DNA of 64,000 nucleotides, from the NCBI GenBank assembly GCA_964425905.1, contig CAYROM010000001.1, forward strand, positions 16,671 through 80,670, read 5' to 3'. Shown here one piece after another: positions 1 through 9,542 of the stretch. The notes beneath the pieces are model-generated. The model was not told where the DNA came from. It did not search any database and saw nothing but the letters and a program-made list of their open reading frames with translations. The position numbers were made by a program, and so were the translations under genes. The stretch comes from an uncultured Lachnobacterium sp. GTDB lineage: Bacteria; Bacillota; Clostridia; Lachnospirales; Lachnospiraceae. The first letter of the stretch is position 1, and each line of letters starts with the position of its first letter.

Positions 1-135
1 CCCGAGGAAGTGCCGCCCGAGGAAGTGCCGCCCGAGGAAGTGCCGCCCGAGGAAGTGCCGCCCGAGGAAGCGCCGTCCGAGGAAGTACCGCCGGAAGAAG
101 CGCCGCCGGAGGAATTGTCGCCGGAGGAAATACCG
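1..135. repeat. 15-bp tandem repeat (CCCGAGGAAGTGCCG and variants, 9 or more units), truncated by the window start
   Basis: Four perfect units then five degenerate units. It encodes, on the minus strand, the SSGGT low-complexity C-terminal tail of the PBP. The apparent + strand PEEVPPEEV ORF is its antisense shadow. Confidence 0.85.
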
Positions 136-2758
136 GGCAGAATTTGGGTAAACGATCCATTGGTCGTAACATCCGGGATAGTGACTTCCGGAGAAACGGA
201 AGGAACAGTACCGGAGCCGGCAGTATGCACATTACAGCGGGAATTTAAAAATTCCTCGGTTGCGTTATATTCATATTCGGTTGAGTCCTCCGAGCCTCCC
301 ACAATGTAAATACCGGTGGTAAGGGTTTCCGCCGGACAGAAGTAATCCGCGATCAGACCGGAGGTTGTACAGATCGTTAAAGCAACATGGTGGTCGCAGC
401 CTTCGGTGGGAAGTGAATCCGTAGCGAAATATTCCGTGATTAACATGGAACCCCGCGGGTCGGAATCACAGATACCCTCAAGAGGAAGTTTTCCGGATTT
501 AGAGCAGACAGTAGCCGTTGTAATTCCATATGGCATCTCGAAATTTTTATAGGGCAGATCTTCATGGATACGGCTCATAACCGTTTTCCAGATATTTTTG
601 GTGTAAGTAGTTTTGCTGCTGGACTGTATGGAATTATCGTCATTTCCGCCCCAGACAACACAGGTATAATAGGGCGTAAACCCTGCAAACAAGCTGTCCC
701 GGCTGCTGGTGGTCGTTCCGGATTTGCCGGCTTGTGCCATTGAGGAGCCAAAATAAGCTCTGGTACCGGTACCGGATGTCATGACGTCCTGCATCGCGCT
801 TGTCAAAAGCCATGCGGTAGTTTCCTTCAGTACGGTGTGGGTCTCCTGGGTCTGGGTTTTATCCAGAAGCACATTTCCGTCGTGGTCATATACGACGGTA
901 TAGAACTTTGGCTCCATATATTCGCCGCCGTTTGCAATAGCCGCATATGCGGCTGTCAGTTCCAAATTGCTGACGCCGTTTGTCAGACCGCCGAGGCCGA
1001 GACCGAGGTTTTTATCCTCCTCGCAGAGCGTGGTAAAACCGAAGTTCTCCGCATACTGATAACCAAGATTGACGCCGATTTCTTCCAATGTCTTTACAGT
1101 CACGATATTGATGGAATCGGTAATTGCATCCCGGACGGTTGTGTAGCCCGTGTATTTGTCGTCATAATTTTTGTATGTCTTTGTCCCTACGGTATAAGGG
1201 GCATTGTCCTGAACCGATGCCAGCGTCAGGCCGCCGGCGTCCAAAGCGGGCGCGTAGCAGGCAATGATCTTGAAGGTTGATCCCGGCTGCCGGAAGGTAT
1301 CGGTTGCCCGGTTCAGGGTGCGGTTGCCGGCCTTTTCGCCGCGTCCCCCAACCAAAGCCCGTACCTCGCCGGTTTCCTGATCGATGATGGTCAGGGCAAC
1401 CTGCGGCTGCAGCGTGGTGATGATGGATTCGGAGCCCTCCACGATCGTGTCGCCTTCCTCTAAAACCGCCTCCTCATAGGCGGCAATCGCTTCATAGCAG
1501 GCTTCTTCGGAACTGAAATTAAGATTATAAGTAGAACTTAATTTCTGATAGTAAACCAGCATCGTCTGATGGGTGTAGGCCTGATAGCTTCCGTCTGCTT
1601 TCAATACCTGAAAATACAAGCTGAAGGAGTATTTTGGATCGGTTGGATAGTTGTCCAGATTGTTTACTTCCTCATCACAGATGGTCTGAATATCCAGATC
1701 CTGTGTGGTGCAGATGGTAAGACCGCCCTGATAGATCGCCTTGTAGGCCTCTGTTTCCGTCCAGCCCAGTTCATTGACCAGATCGTCGAATACATCATCG
1801 ATGACCGCATCCACGAAGTAGGAATTTGTGGAAGTGTCAGCCCGGTCCGTATTATACTCCGCGATCCGGGAGTAGACATCGTCCGCCATCGCCTCATCGT
1901 ACTCGGCCTGGGTAATGTACCCCTGCTCCAGCATGGCAATAAGCACACGCTCCCGCCGTTCCGCATTTTTATCCGGATGGGAGATCGGATTGTAGCTGCT
2001 CGGGTTCTTGGTAATTCCGGCTATGACGGCGCACTCCGACAGGGTAAGCTCGGACACATCCTTGCCGAAATAGCGTTCCGAAGCAGCCTGTACGCCAAGG
2101 GTGTTGGAACCCAGATTAATGGTGTTTAGATAGTTTTCCAGAATCCAGTCTTTGTTGTTTACCTGTTGTTCAAGTTTCACAGCGAGATATTGCTCCTGGA
2201 TCTTTCTCTGCAATTTCTCAATAAAAGAACTTTCCCCGGAAGCTTCCGTTGTCAGTTCGTTGGACCAGGATGTGGAGAGTACGCTGTTTTTGATCAGCTG
2301 CTGGGTGATTGTGCTCGCCCCCTGGTCAAAGTGAAATCCACCCGCCGCACCGGAAATAAATGCGCGGACGATACCCTTTGGATCGATTCCGTTATGTTCA
2401 TAAAAGCGGGCGTCTTCTATTGCAACGAATGCATGCTGCAAATTAAGGGGAATCTCGTCGATCGTAACATATTTGCGGTTGGCGCCGGAAGCAACAAGAG
2501 TTGCGATTTCCTGTCCGTCGCTGGATAAAACCGTAGTAGAATAGCCGGTAGGGGTAACATCAATCGCAGATATATCCGGAGCGGAATCTATGATTCCCTT
2601 CCATACACCGATGCCGGAGCTGGTTCCCACTACTGCTATAAGAAGAAGACAGACAAGTATCAGCTTGCCGAAATTTACGCCGATCTTCTTACGAATCTTT
2701 TTGCCTTTGGCGTCGATCTGTGCTTCCCGGCGCTTAGCGGCGTTTTTACCGTAATTCA
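1..2758 (-). CDS. Class A penicillin-binding protein (bifunctional transglycosylase/transpeptidase, PBP1A-like), partial. The C-terminal end runs off the window start.
   Basis: Manual reverse-complement translation from the ATG at 2758, which has an AAGGAGG RBS 7 nt upstream and an in-frame stop 10 codons further up. The frame stays open to position 1 (more than 919 aa). The six-frame track omits it because its stop lies outside the window. It has an N-terminal TM segment, GT51 motifs (EDARFYEHNGID, GASTITQQL) and transpeptidase motifs (STFK, KSGTT). The C-terminal tail is an SSGGT-rich repeat. Confidence 0.85.
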
Positions 2759-2946
2759 TAATAGGCCTCCTTGCAATCAACATTTACTTATCTGAAAGTA
2801 TGCCGTGTAAGAGCCTGTCCGCTGGGCAAGCTCCTGCAATATACATGTTATTATATCAAAATGTAATAAGAATAGAAAGAAAAAATTGTAACAAAGGAAG
2901 ATTAATGGTAAAATATAGATCATCAAACGGGGCAGCGGAGGAAAGA

Positions 2947-3609
2947 ATGAGCGGAAAGGGAGAGTGTGGATATCGAACTGTATACAAGGGAGGAACAGGG
3001 GAAATCGTCGAAAAAAAGTCGAGGTTTATAGCCACGATCCGTCCGGTGGAATCCGAAGAAGAGGCGGCGGCTTTTATCGGCGAAATGAAAAAAAAATATT
3101 GGGATGCCCGCCATAATTGTTCTGCTTTTGTCGTGGGAGAAAATCAGGAGATTACCCGGTGTTCGGACGACGGGGAGCCGGCGCAGACGGCAGGCCGCCC
3201 AATGCTGGATGTCTTGCTGAAGGAGGGAGTTACAAATGCGGCGGTAGTAGTTACCCGTTATTTTGGAGGGGTGCTGCTTGGAACCGGCGGATTGGTTCGC
3301 GCCTATCAGAGAGCGGTTCAGGAGGGACTGAAGGATAGCTGTCTGATCGAAAAAAAGAGGGGAATGCTCTTGTCCGTAACAACAGATTACAATTTGGCAA
3401 GCAAATTGCAGTATCTGTTTGCAATGCAGAATATACCGGTCTTAGATGCCGAGTATGCCGCGGATGTCACACAAAAGATCATGGTTCCGCTGGGACAAAA
3501 GGAATCCACGGAAAAAAATATTATCGAGCAGACGAGCGGGAGGGCAAAACTGATATGGGAAAGCCCGGTGGTTTATGCTGTAATAGATAAGCAGATAAAA
3601 ATCTTCTGA
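2947..3609 (+). CDS. YigZ/IMPACT-family protein (UPF0029)
   Basis: Internal ATG of ORF 2800..3609 preceded by GGAGGAAAGA. Family-typical motifs are present (KKSRFIA, ARHNC.A). I rejected the longer 5-prime extension because it has no RBS. Confidence 0.65.
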   Translation: MSGKGECGYRTVYKGGTGEIVEKKSRFIATIRPVESEEEAAAFIGEMKKKYWDARHNCSAFVVGENQEITRCSDDGEPAQTAGRPMLDVLLKEGVTNAAVVVTRYFGGVLLGTGGLVRAYQRAVQEGLKDSCLIEKKRGMLLSVTTDYNLASKLQYLFAMQNIPVLDAEYAADVTQKIMVPLGQKESTEKNIIEQTSGRAKLIWESPVVYAVIDKQIKIF

Positions 3610-3648
3610 TAAAATTAAATTTTTGGTAAATTTTTATCAGAATAATGC

Positions 3649-3677
3649 TTGACACAATATATGGATTTATGTATAAT
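3649..3677 (+). promoter_or_regulatory. Sigma-A type promoter upstream of tRNA-Gln
   Basis: TTGACA at 3649-3654, an exact 17-nt spacer, then TATAAT at 3672-3677. Confidence 0.55.
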
Positions 3678-3695
3678 AGCGTTTGTTGAAAACGT

Positions 3696-3767
3696 TGGCC
3701 CATCGCCAAATGGTAAGGCAACGGACTCTGACTCCGTCATTTCCAGGTTCGAATCCTGGTGGGCCAG
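3696..3767 (+). tRNA. tRNA-Gln (anticodon CTG)
   Basis: The cloverleaf is readable. The 7-bp acceptor stem pairs TGGCCCA with TGGGCCA. The D-arm reads CGCCAAATGGTAAGGCA. The anticodon stem ACGGA/TCCGT carries loop CTCTGAC. The T-arm is GGTTCGAATCC. Overall it resembles E. coli tRNA-Gln. No CCA is encoded. Confidence 0.75.
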
Positions 3768-3778
3768 CTTGAGATGAA

Positions 3779-3810
3779 CCCCTAGCGAACAGTCGTTAGG
3801 GGTTTTCATT
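3779..3810 (+). terminator. Rho-independent terminator after tRNA-Gln
   Basis: CCCCTAGCGA and TCGTTAGGGG form a 10-bp stem with one G-T wobble and loop ACAG, followed by TTTTCATTTT. Confidence 0.6.
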
Positions 3811-3924
3811 TTACCTTACAGACAATTCTTCCCTCACTTTTCCTGAATGGGAAAGATTCTGCTGCTCTGGGGAGGAAGAATGATGCGGGCTTGCCCGCTC
3901 TATTAATGGAATGGAGGAATCCGA

Positions 3925-4629
3925 ATGTATCAGTTTGAAAGCAGGGTACGTTATAGTGAGGTGGATGTAAACTGCGGCCTTACTTTAAGCGCGCTTCTTA
4001 ATTATTATCAGGATTGTAGCGTTTTTCATTCAGAAGCAGCCGGTGTAGGTATAGGATATCTTGAAAAAAATCACATGGCATGGATGCTTTCCTCATGGCA
4101 GGTATGCCTGAATGAACTTCCAAAGCTGGGGGATGAGGTGCAGATACAAACCTGGGCCCACGGAATGAAAGGCTTTTACGGATATCGCAATTTCAGCATG
4201 AACCGGCCGGATGGGAGCCGGCTGGCATATGCCGATTCCACGTGGGTTTTGATCGATACGGTTATCGGACGTCCGGTCAAGGTGCCGCAGGAGATGTCTG
4301 AGACCTATGGAATTGAGGAGGAGCTTCCGATGAAGAGGGAAAGCAGAAAGCTGGTAATTCCCCGTGAGATGGAAAAACAGGAAGCGGTCGAGGTTAAGGA
4401 GTATTTTATTGACAGCAACCGGCACATGAACAATGAGAAATATGTGATGATCGCCCATGAATTTCTGCCAAAGGATTTTCAAATTCGGGAATTTCGTGTA
4501 GAATATAAAAAGGAAGCAAAACTGGGGGATATTATTTACCCCTCCGTAAATATCACGGGGAAGGAAGCATCGGTGCTTCTCTCGGGGGCGGATGACAGAC
4601 CCTATGCAATCGTGGCTTTTTACGGATGA
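3925..4629 (+). CDS. Acyl-ACP thioesterase (FatA/FatB family)
   Basis: 234-aa ORF whose length and composition fit the PF01643 family. RBS GGAGGAAT sits upstream. Confidence 0.65.
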   Translation: MYQFESRVRYSEVDVNCGLTLSALLNYYQDCSVFHSEAAGVGIGYLEKNHMAWMLSSWQVCLNELPKLGDEVQIQTWAHGMKGFYGYRNFSMNRPDGSRLAYADSTWVLIDTVIGRPVKVPQEMSETYGIEEELPMKRESRKLVIPREMEKQEAVEVKEYFIDSNRHMNNEKYVMIAHEFLPKDFQIREFRVEYKKEAKLGDIIYPSVNITGKEASVLLSGADDRPYAIVAFYG

Positions 4630-4645
4630 TTAAGAGGAGAATATT

Positions 4646-5491
4646 ATGAAACTGGGGGAATATCAGGAACTATATTATATAAAGAAGGTAGAATTCGGAA
4701 TCTATCTGGCGGAGAGTAAAAACTCCATGGACAGGGTATTGCTCCCGGCGAAGCAGGTTCCGGAGGGGATACGTCTTGGCGACCAGATCAGGGTATTTTT
4801 ATATAAGGATTCCAAGGATCGGCTGATCGCTACAACAAATACGCCGAAGATCATTCTGGGACAGGTAGCGGTTCTTCAGGTAAAAGAGATAGGAAAGATC
4901 GGAGCGTTTCTGGACTGGGGGCTGGAGAAGGATCTGTTTCTTCCATATAAAGAGATGGTTGCCCGCCCCCGTGTGGGTGATGAGATACTGGTTTTTCTGT
5001 ACATTGATAAAAGCCAGCGTCTGTGTGCAAGCATGAGGGGAATATACCATATGCTCCGGACGGATTCACCGTATAAAAAGGACGATGTGGTAAAGGGACG
5101 CGTATATGAATTTAGCGATAACTTTGGAACATTTGTTGCGGTGGACGACCGGTATTCTGCCCGGATTCCAAACTTCGAGGATCACAGCACCCTTTGCATC
5201 GGCGAGGTTATCGAAGCGAAGGTTACGGGAGTAAAGGAAGACGGCAAGCTTGACCTGACGTTAAGGGAAAAGGCGTATATCCAGATGGATGCGGATGCGG
5301 AAAAAATTCTGGCGCTTTTGGATTCCTATGCCGGGGTCCTGCCGTTTACGGAGAAGGCCAGCCCCGAGGTGATTGCAAGAGAGACCGGATTATCCAAGAA
5401 TGCGTTTAAGCGTGCGGTGGGGCGCTTATATAAAGAAAGAAAAGTGGACCTGTCGGGCGGAAAGATCCGAAAAACGGTCCGCGTGCAATAA
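4646..5491 (+). CDS. S1 domain RNA-binding protein, CvfB/YitL family
   Basis: 281 aa with tandem S1-like segments and a C-terminal winged-helix-like tail. RBS GAGGAGAA. Confidence 0.6.
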   Translation: MKLGEYQELYYIKKVEFGIYLAESKNSMDRVLLPAKQVPEGIRLGDQIRVFLYKDSKDRLIATTNTPKIILGQVAVLQVKEIGKIGAFLDWGLEKDLFLPYKEMVARPRVGDEILVFLYIDKSQRLCASMRGIYHMLRTDSPYKKDDVVKGRVYEFSDNFGTFVAVDDRYSARIPNFEDHSTLCIGEVIEAKVTGVKEDGKLDLTLREKAYIQMDADAEKILALLDSYAGVLPFTEKASPEVIARETGLSKNAFKRAVGRLYKERKVDLSGGKIRKTVRVQ

Positions 5492-5514
5492 AATTAAGAA
5501 AGAAGGATCACAGT

Positions 5515-5889
5515 ATGAAGAAAGTAATCAGCACCAAAAAGGCGCCGGCAGCGATCGGACCGTATTCACAGGCTATTGAAGTAAACGGTATGGTATATAC
5601 ATCCGGAATTATCCCGGTAATACCGGAGACAGGAGAGATTCCGGAGGGTTCCGCGGCACAGGCAAGACAGGCGCTTAAAAATTTGTCGAATTTGCTCGAG
5701 GCGGCAGGATCAGGTATGGATCAGGTGGTAAAGACCACGGTCTTTATTAAGGAAATGAATGATTTTGCAGCAATCAACGAAGTGTATGAGACCTTTTTTA
5801 CAGGAGATTTCCCTTCGAGGAGCTGTGTGGAGGTGGCAAGACTTCCGAAGGATGTCATGCTTGAAATCGAGGCAGTTGCGGTAAAATAA
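5515..5889 (+). CDS. RidA/YjgF-family reactive-intermediate deaminase
   Basis: 124 aa with the N-terminal AP.AIGPYSQA stretch and the C-terminal SR.CVEV.RLPKDV.LEIEA stretch typical of RidA. Confidence 0.8.
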   Translation: MKKVISTKKAPAAIGPYSQAIEVNGMVYTSGIIPVIPETGEIPEGSAAQARQALKNLSNLLEAAGSGMDQVVKTTVFIKEMNDFAAINEVYETFFTGDFPSRSCVEVARLPKDVMLEIEAVAVK

Positions 5890-5951
5890 AAAACGTATTA
5901 GAAAAAAATCGAAAAAGCAAGAAAAACCACTATTTTCCAGAGAATTCGTCC

Positions 5952-5980
5952 TTGACACATATATATTCCTTTGCTATAAT
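5952..5980 (+). promoter_or_regulatory. Sigma-A type promoter for the NlpC/P60 gene
   Basis: TTGACA at 5952-5957, 17-nt spacer, TATAAT at 5975-5980. Confidence 0.5.
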
Positions 5981-6047
5981 GACAATGTAATATTTGTAAC
6001 ATATTTGTAATATTTTTTTGACGGATATCTCACTTTTGGAGGAAAAT

Positions 6048-7235
6048 ATGAAGAAAAGATTACTGAGAGTTGCAGCGTGTCTGATATCTGCCACATTGGC
6101 AGCGGGGAACTTCTCCGTCGGAGTGAAGGCTTCTTCTACCGCCGGCATCTCCAGCTATACTGCAAATATACTGTCTGAAACAATTTCACCTACCGCAGGT
6201 GTTTCCGAAACTATTTCATCCATATTGTCGGATGATACGGAGGATAAGCTTCTTGCGGATGCCCAGGCTGAGATTCTTGCAAATGAAACGCCTGTGGTGA
6301 CAAGCGAGTATGCGGATATTGCTATTGCACAGGTTAAAAATTATGTAAATATACGCGCGGAGGCAAATACGGAGAGCGAAGTGCTCGGTAAGCTGTATAA
6401 TAATTCCGCAGCTACTGTACTTGATGTGGAGGGTGAATGGTATCTGATCAATTCGGGTTCCGTTACCGGATATGTAAAGTCTGAGTATGTTGTGGTTGGC
6501 GATGAGGATCTTGCCAGAAGCGTCAGCCGCCGCGTTGCTACTGTTACTACGGAAACCCTGAAGGTTCGTACCGAGGCAGGTACGGATGCATCTGTTCTTG
6601 GTCTTGTGCCGGGAGGGGATGACCTTACGGTATTTGACGAGAGTATCGAGGGCTGGATCGGCGTATCCGTGGAAGAAGGAGAGGGATATGTTTCTGCGGA
6701 ATACGTAACCCTTTCGACGGAATATATTTACGCAGAATCTAAGGAGGAAGAAGAAGCCCGCCTTGCAAAGGAAGAGGAGGAGCGCAAGAAAGCTGCAGCG
6801 GCAGCGGCCGCAGCCACAAAGAGCAGCAGTTCTTCAAGTTCAAGCAGTTCATCCAGTTCGGGAAGCAAATCTTACAGCGCGCCGAGCGGCTCGGATGGAC
6901 AGGCAGTCGTGGACTATGCATGCCAGTTTGTCGGCAATCCATATAAGTATGGAGGCTCCAGTCTGACAGACGGTACGGACTGTTCCGGATTTGTAATGTC
7001 CGTATATGCGGCATTTGGCGTAAGTCTTCCACACAGCTCCAAGTCTATGAGAGAAGTGGGATACGGTGTGAGCGTTGACGAAATGCAGCCCGGCGACATT
7101 ATATGTTACAGCGGACATGTAGCGATTTACGTCGGAAATAATACGATTGTACATGCGAGTACGCCGGCAACAGGTATCAAGTATACTTCTCCTGCAAACT
7201 ATAAGACGATTCTTGCGGTAAGACGTATTTTCTAA
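6048..7235 (+). CDS. Secreted cell-wall hydrolase with SH3b domains and a C-terminal NlpC/P60 endopeptidase domain
   Basis: Start ATG at 6048 after GGAGG, with signal peptide MKKRLLRVAACLISATLAAG. Two SH3b-like repeats. A low-complexity linker (EEEEARLAKEEEERKKAAAAAAAATKSSSSSSSSSSSSSGS). The NlpC/P60 core shows DCSGFV and GHVAIYVG. Confidence 0.8.
   Translation: MKKRLLRVAACLISATLAAGNFSVGVKASSTAGISSYTANILSETISPTAGVSETISSILSDDTEDKLLADAQAEILANETPVVTSEYADIAIAQVKNYVNIRAEANTESEVLGKLYNNSAATVLDVEGEWYLINSGSVTGYVKSEYVVVGDEDLARSVSRRVATVTTETLKVRTEAGTDASVLGLVPGGDDLTVFDESIEGWIGVSVEEGEGYVSAEYVTLSTEYIYAESKEEEEARLAKEEEERKKAAAAAAAATKSSSSSSSSSSSSSGSKSYSAPSGSDGQAVVDYACQFVGNPYKYGGSSLTDGTDCSGFVMSVYAAFGVSLPHSSKSMREVGYGVSVDEMQPGDIICYSGHVAIYVGNNTIVHASTPATGIKYTSPANYKTILAVRRIF
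6760..6870 (+). repeat. Low-complexity coding stretch (Glu/Ala/Ser homopolymer linker) inside the NlpC/P60 gene
   Basis: GAAGAAGAAG...GCAGCGGCAGCGGCC...AGCAGCAGTTCTTCAAGTTCAAGCAGTTCATCCAGTTCG. Confidence 0.7.
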
Positions 7236-7267
7236 ATTATGAAAAGCATTTAAATTCAGTATACGGA

Positions 7268-7302
7268 AGCCATCGGCTCACATTGAGCCGACGGCTTTTA
7301 TC
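7268..7302 (+). terminator. Rho-independent terminator
   Basis: GCCATCGGCTCA and TGAGCCGACGGC pair with one mismatch, followed by TTTTATCTTC. Confidence 0.6.
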
Positions 7303-7304
7303 TT

Positions 7305-7360
7305 CTCATAGGAAATACCTTGTTGTGCCAAAGCGCTAAAGTGTTTTGATTTCCTATGAG
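7305..7360. repeat. Perfect 12-bp inverted repeat (CTCATAGGAAAT ... ATTTCCTATGAG) around a 32-nt loop
   Basis: Seen directly in the sequence, just after the terminator and inside a ~620-bp AT-rich intergenic region. Confidence 0.5.
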
Positions 7361-7771
7361 ATAAAACGATCATGGTGAAAAGCTGTGGGAAATTGGTACT
7401 AAATGTTTTGCAAGGCGGAAATGGAATCTTTCATTCGACAGAATTTTGCAAAATAATAAGTATTTATACAAAATGCACAAAAAAACAAAAATTTCCAAAT
7501 TTCTTTCGCGGTTGAAAATATGTTTAATTAAAAAAATATCCACAAGACAAATTCAAAACGAGCCGAAAAATCGAGTTATACACAAAGTTATTCACATTAT
7601 CCACATTTTTGGAGCGCTTTTTTGTTTGTTTTTTATATCAAAAAGCAAACAGATGTTTTGTTAGAAAATCATAAAGTTGACATGTTTTTTAAAAAAATCT
7701 TAAAATTAATTGACATTTCAAATGTAAAAAAATGAAGGAATTTGTCGGGAATAGTTTGACAAATTAAACGG

Positions 7772-7800
7772 TTGATAATTTTCTTGTGTTTTGTTATACT
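7772..7800 (+). promoter_or_regulatory. Promoter with extended -10 upstream of the TagA-like gene
   Basis: TTGATA at 7772-7777, 17-nt spacer, TGtTATACT at 7792-7800. Confidence 0.45.
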
Positions 7801-7854
7801 TATGAAGCTTATAGTTTGGTGACCAAATGGTTATTATATAGGATGTGGAACCCA

Positions 7855-8541
7855 ATGATCAAAAAAATTGATATAGCAGGAATTCAATTGGAAAACTACA
7901 CAGTCCGGGAGTCCATCATGCAGGTGGAAAAGAGTCTGGCGGAAACCGGCTTTTGCACCATTGAGGAAGTAACGATGGATATGCTGATGATGGCGGAGAG
8001 CAACGGAAAGGTAAAGGAGGCTTTAAGTCTTCTTAGCCATACCGTGATCGCCGAGAATGGAATTCTTGACGCGGTTGGGCAGAATTCCATGCAGAGACAG
8101 CATGAGATCGAGAATCATGTCTTTTTTTACGAGTTGATGAAAAGATTGTCCCGGAATCACAAGAAGGTATATCTTCTCGGAAAGACAGAGGAGGAAGTTC
8201 AGCGTTTTTATGAATTCCTGAGCGCCGAATTACACCGGCTGGAGTTCGCTGGGGTTGAGGCGATGGAAAACTGCGTCGGGGAGATGGACGGAATCGTTAA
8301 TGAAATCAATGCGGCGACGCCGGACGCGATTATCAGCATTCTCCCGTCGCCTTTTCAGGAGGCTTTTTTAACAGAAAACAAGGACAAGCTTTTTGCAAGC
8401 TTGTGGTACGGCATTGGAGACTACACCGCTTTTATTGAAAAAAGGAGAAACCTGCTGGATTTTTTTCGGAGAAAGTCAAAGATCCGCGCTTTGGAAAAAC
8501 AGGTTAATCAGTATCAGGAGCAGGAAGAGAGTATAAAATGA
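7855..8541 (+). CDS. WecB/TagA/CpsF-family glycosyltransferase-like protein, possibly degenerate
   Basis: The middle segment KKVYLLGKTEEEVQRF and the later PDAIISILPSPFQEAFL align with the TagA/WecG core. The start is uncertain: I chose ATG 7855, and ATG 7843 is the alternative. Confidence 0.5.
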   Translation: MIKKIDIAGIQLENYTVRESIMQVEKSLAETGFCTIEEVTMDMLMMAESNGKVKEALSLLSHTVIAENGILDAVGQNSMQRQHEIENHVFFYELMKRLSRNHKKVYLLGKTEEEVQRFYEFLSAELHRLEFAGVEAMENCVGEMDGIVNEINAATPDAIISILPSPFQEAFLTENKDKLFASLWYGIGDYTAFIEKRRNLLDFFRRKSKIRALEKQVNQYQEQEESIK

Positions 8542-9413
8542 CTGCTTTAAAAAGAAAAGTGCTTTTACCGTATTTATATATAATTCTGGGAACCGGCCTT
8601 ATGAGCGCTGGGATCAAGTGTATATACGACCCGGTGGGGTTGGTTACCGGAGGGTTCACCGGAATTGCGATTATTGTCAAGAATGTCACATCCGCGCTGA
8701 TTGAGGGCGGAATACCCTTGTGGCTGACCAATTTTGCGCTGAATATTCCGGTGTTTATTTATGCCTATATCCGAATGGGGAAAAAATACGTGGGAAGATC
8801 GGCCTTCGGAGCGCTTATGCTGTCCGTATGGCTGTATATTTTGCCGATGATAGATCTGACGGAGGGGGATTATCTTCTGGCGGCTCTGTTCGGCGGTGTT
8901 TTTTCCGGGGCGGGAATGGGATTTGTCTTAAGGGGGAACGCTTCTACGGGAGGAACCGATATGATCGCCTCTCTGATCCAAAATCAGCTGCGCCACTATT
9001 CGGTGGTTCAGCTCATGCAGTTTGTGGACGGGGGGATCGTTTTACTCGGACTGTTTGTATTTGGTTTCCGCCCGACCCTGTACGCGGTGGTTGCGATCGT
9101 TGTGACAACGAAGATCGGTGATGCGGTGCTGGAAGGTCTTAACTATTCAAAGGCGGCGTTTATCATTACGGAACATTATGATGAGGTTGCAGAGACTTTG
9201 ATGACGGGGCTTGACCGGGGGGTAACGGGCCTTATGGCGAAGGGAATGTACACCGGTTCGCAGAAGTGCGTGCTGTATTGTGTGGTTTCCAGAAAGCAGA
9301 TTGTCAGGGTCAAGGAAATTGTGGTGGAGATCGATCCGGATGCGTTTGTGATCGTGTCGGATGTGCGGGAGGTTTTAGGTGAAGGCTTTCAGGATCATTC
9401 CTCACAGATGTGA
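8538..9413 (+). CDS. YitT-family membrane protein (DUF161 plus DUF2179)
   Basis: Multi-TM N-terminal part and a C-terminal IVRVKEIVVEIDPDAFVIVSDVREVLGEGF stretch typical of DUF2179. Confidence 0.65.
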   Translation: MTALKRKVLLPYLYIILGTGLMSAGIKCIYDPVGLVTGGFTGIAIIVKNVTSALIEGGIPLWLTNFALNIPVFIYAYIRMGKKYVGRSAFGALMLSVWLYILPMIDLTEGDYLLAALFGGVFSGAGMGFVLRGNASTGGTDMIASLIQNQLRHYSVVQLMQFVDGGIVLLGLFVFGFRPTLYAVVAIVVTTKIGDAVLEGLNYSKAAFIITEHYDEVAETLMTGLDRGVTGLMAKGMYTGSQKCVLYCVVSRKQIVRVKEIVVEIDPDAFVIVSDVREVLGEGFQDHSSQM

Positions 9414-9542
9414 ATCAGAGGGGGGATTCGTGAAAATTTACTAAGATATTGTACTTTTCCTCTTTCTTTTTTTGTATTTATGCATTAAAATATAAAAAGG
9501 TATTTTTGCAAGACGAAATATTGGGGTGAAGGAGAACAAAAT

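Noticed and set aside
10-309. + strand ORF encoding a PEEVPPEEV repeat protein
   Set aside because: It is the antisense shadow of the 15-bp tandem repeat at the C-terminus of the minus-strand PBP gene. It has no RBS and no fold-like sequence.
3880-3895. GCGGGCTTGCCCGC micro-hairpin and the tiny MMRACPLY ORF upstream of the thioesterase gene
   Set aside because: The stem is only 6 bp with a 2-nt loop and has no U-tract, and the ORF is 8 codons. There is not enough evidence for an attenuator or leader peptide.
7446-7664. 72-aa ORF in the AT-rich intergenic region
   Set aside because: Lys/Ile-rich composition dictated by AT content. No RBS and no conservation signal. I treat the region as non-coding or regulatory.
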